Of a DNA stretch of 64,000 nt, positions 63,920-64,000 are shown piece by piece. How positions within the stretch are numbered: the first letter of the stretch is position 1; every line of letters starts with the position of its first letter. The notes under the pieces were generated by a model. The model was not told the origin of the DNA and ran no database searches. It saw only the letters and a program-made list of their open reading frames with translations. The stretch covers positions 1-64,000 of the forward strand of contig JAYWIR010000135.1 in the NCBI GenBank assembly GCA_036172245.1. Direction: 5' to 3'. A program made the translations under genes and the position numbers. This stretch comes from Raillietiella orientalis (taxonomy: Eukaryota).

Positions 63920-64000
63920 GCCAAAAGGTAGAGTTGGCAATCGGCCCGTTCCTGGAAGGCAGGTTCCTTCTGCTGGAACGTGCCGCTGTGTGGAACGCGT
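63920..64000 (+). pseudogene. ORF2 fragment downstream of the RT core, running off the window
   Basis: QKVELAIGPFLEGRFLLLERAAVWNA. Confidence 0.8.

Noticed and set aside
1..64000. Bacterial RT system (group II intron, retron, DGR) or CRISPR array
   Set aside because: The RT is fused to an APE endonuclease and follows a CCHC ORF1, with TSDs and 5' truncations. No repeat-spacer array or operon is present.
1..64000. Telomeric head-to-tail retrotransposon array like HeT-A/TART
   Set aside because: Orientations are mixed, insertions are internal with TSDs, and no telomeric repeats were seen.
1..64000. RIP-like mutation or stop-codon reassignment to explain TAG/TAA in ORFs
   Set aside because: The sequence remains GC-rich, and stops are copy-specific and accompanied by frameshifts. 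Ordinary decay is sufficient, though no mutation spectrum was computed.

Overview
The whole 64 kb is a gene-free, nested pile of non-LTR retrotransposons (LINEs of the L1/Tx1 type), so the host is probably eukaryotic, although it cannot be identified from this window. Each element has ORF1 (two CCHC zinc knuckles) and ORF2 (APE-type endonuclease with WNVNG/LQExH/GDFN/IDH/SDH motifs, reverse transcriptase with QGD-LSP/YADD, and a C-terminal CxxC..H..C zinc finger). About 11 related subfamilies can be told apart by eye; the letters used here are my provisional labels. Every copy has stops, frameshifts or truncations. I find 15 distinct 3' termini plus one duplicated copy, and about 10 5' termini. 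Every 3' terminus abuts another LINE. The main signal is that insertions recur at the same homologous positions inside the ORF2 of sister elements: 9 of 15 fall, all antisense, in a ~300 bp endonuclease-RT linker, and some subfamilies hit the same site in different host subfamilies. Perfect 17 bp and 12 bp target-site duplications define a multi-level nest. The elements have no poly(A) tail and end in a conserved, covarying structured motif. They also share a 5' GGACGTG motif and an overlapping TAA/start junction between ORF1 and ORF2, and their endonuclease appears to lack the specificity hairpin region. The arrangement resembles self-targeting Zepp-like clusters, so this may be centromeric or heterochromatic DNA; that part is inference. 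All alignments were done by eye.
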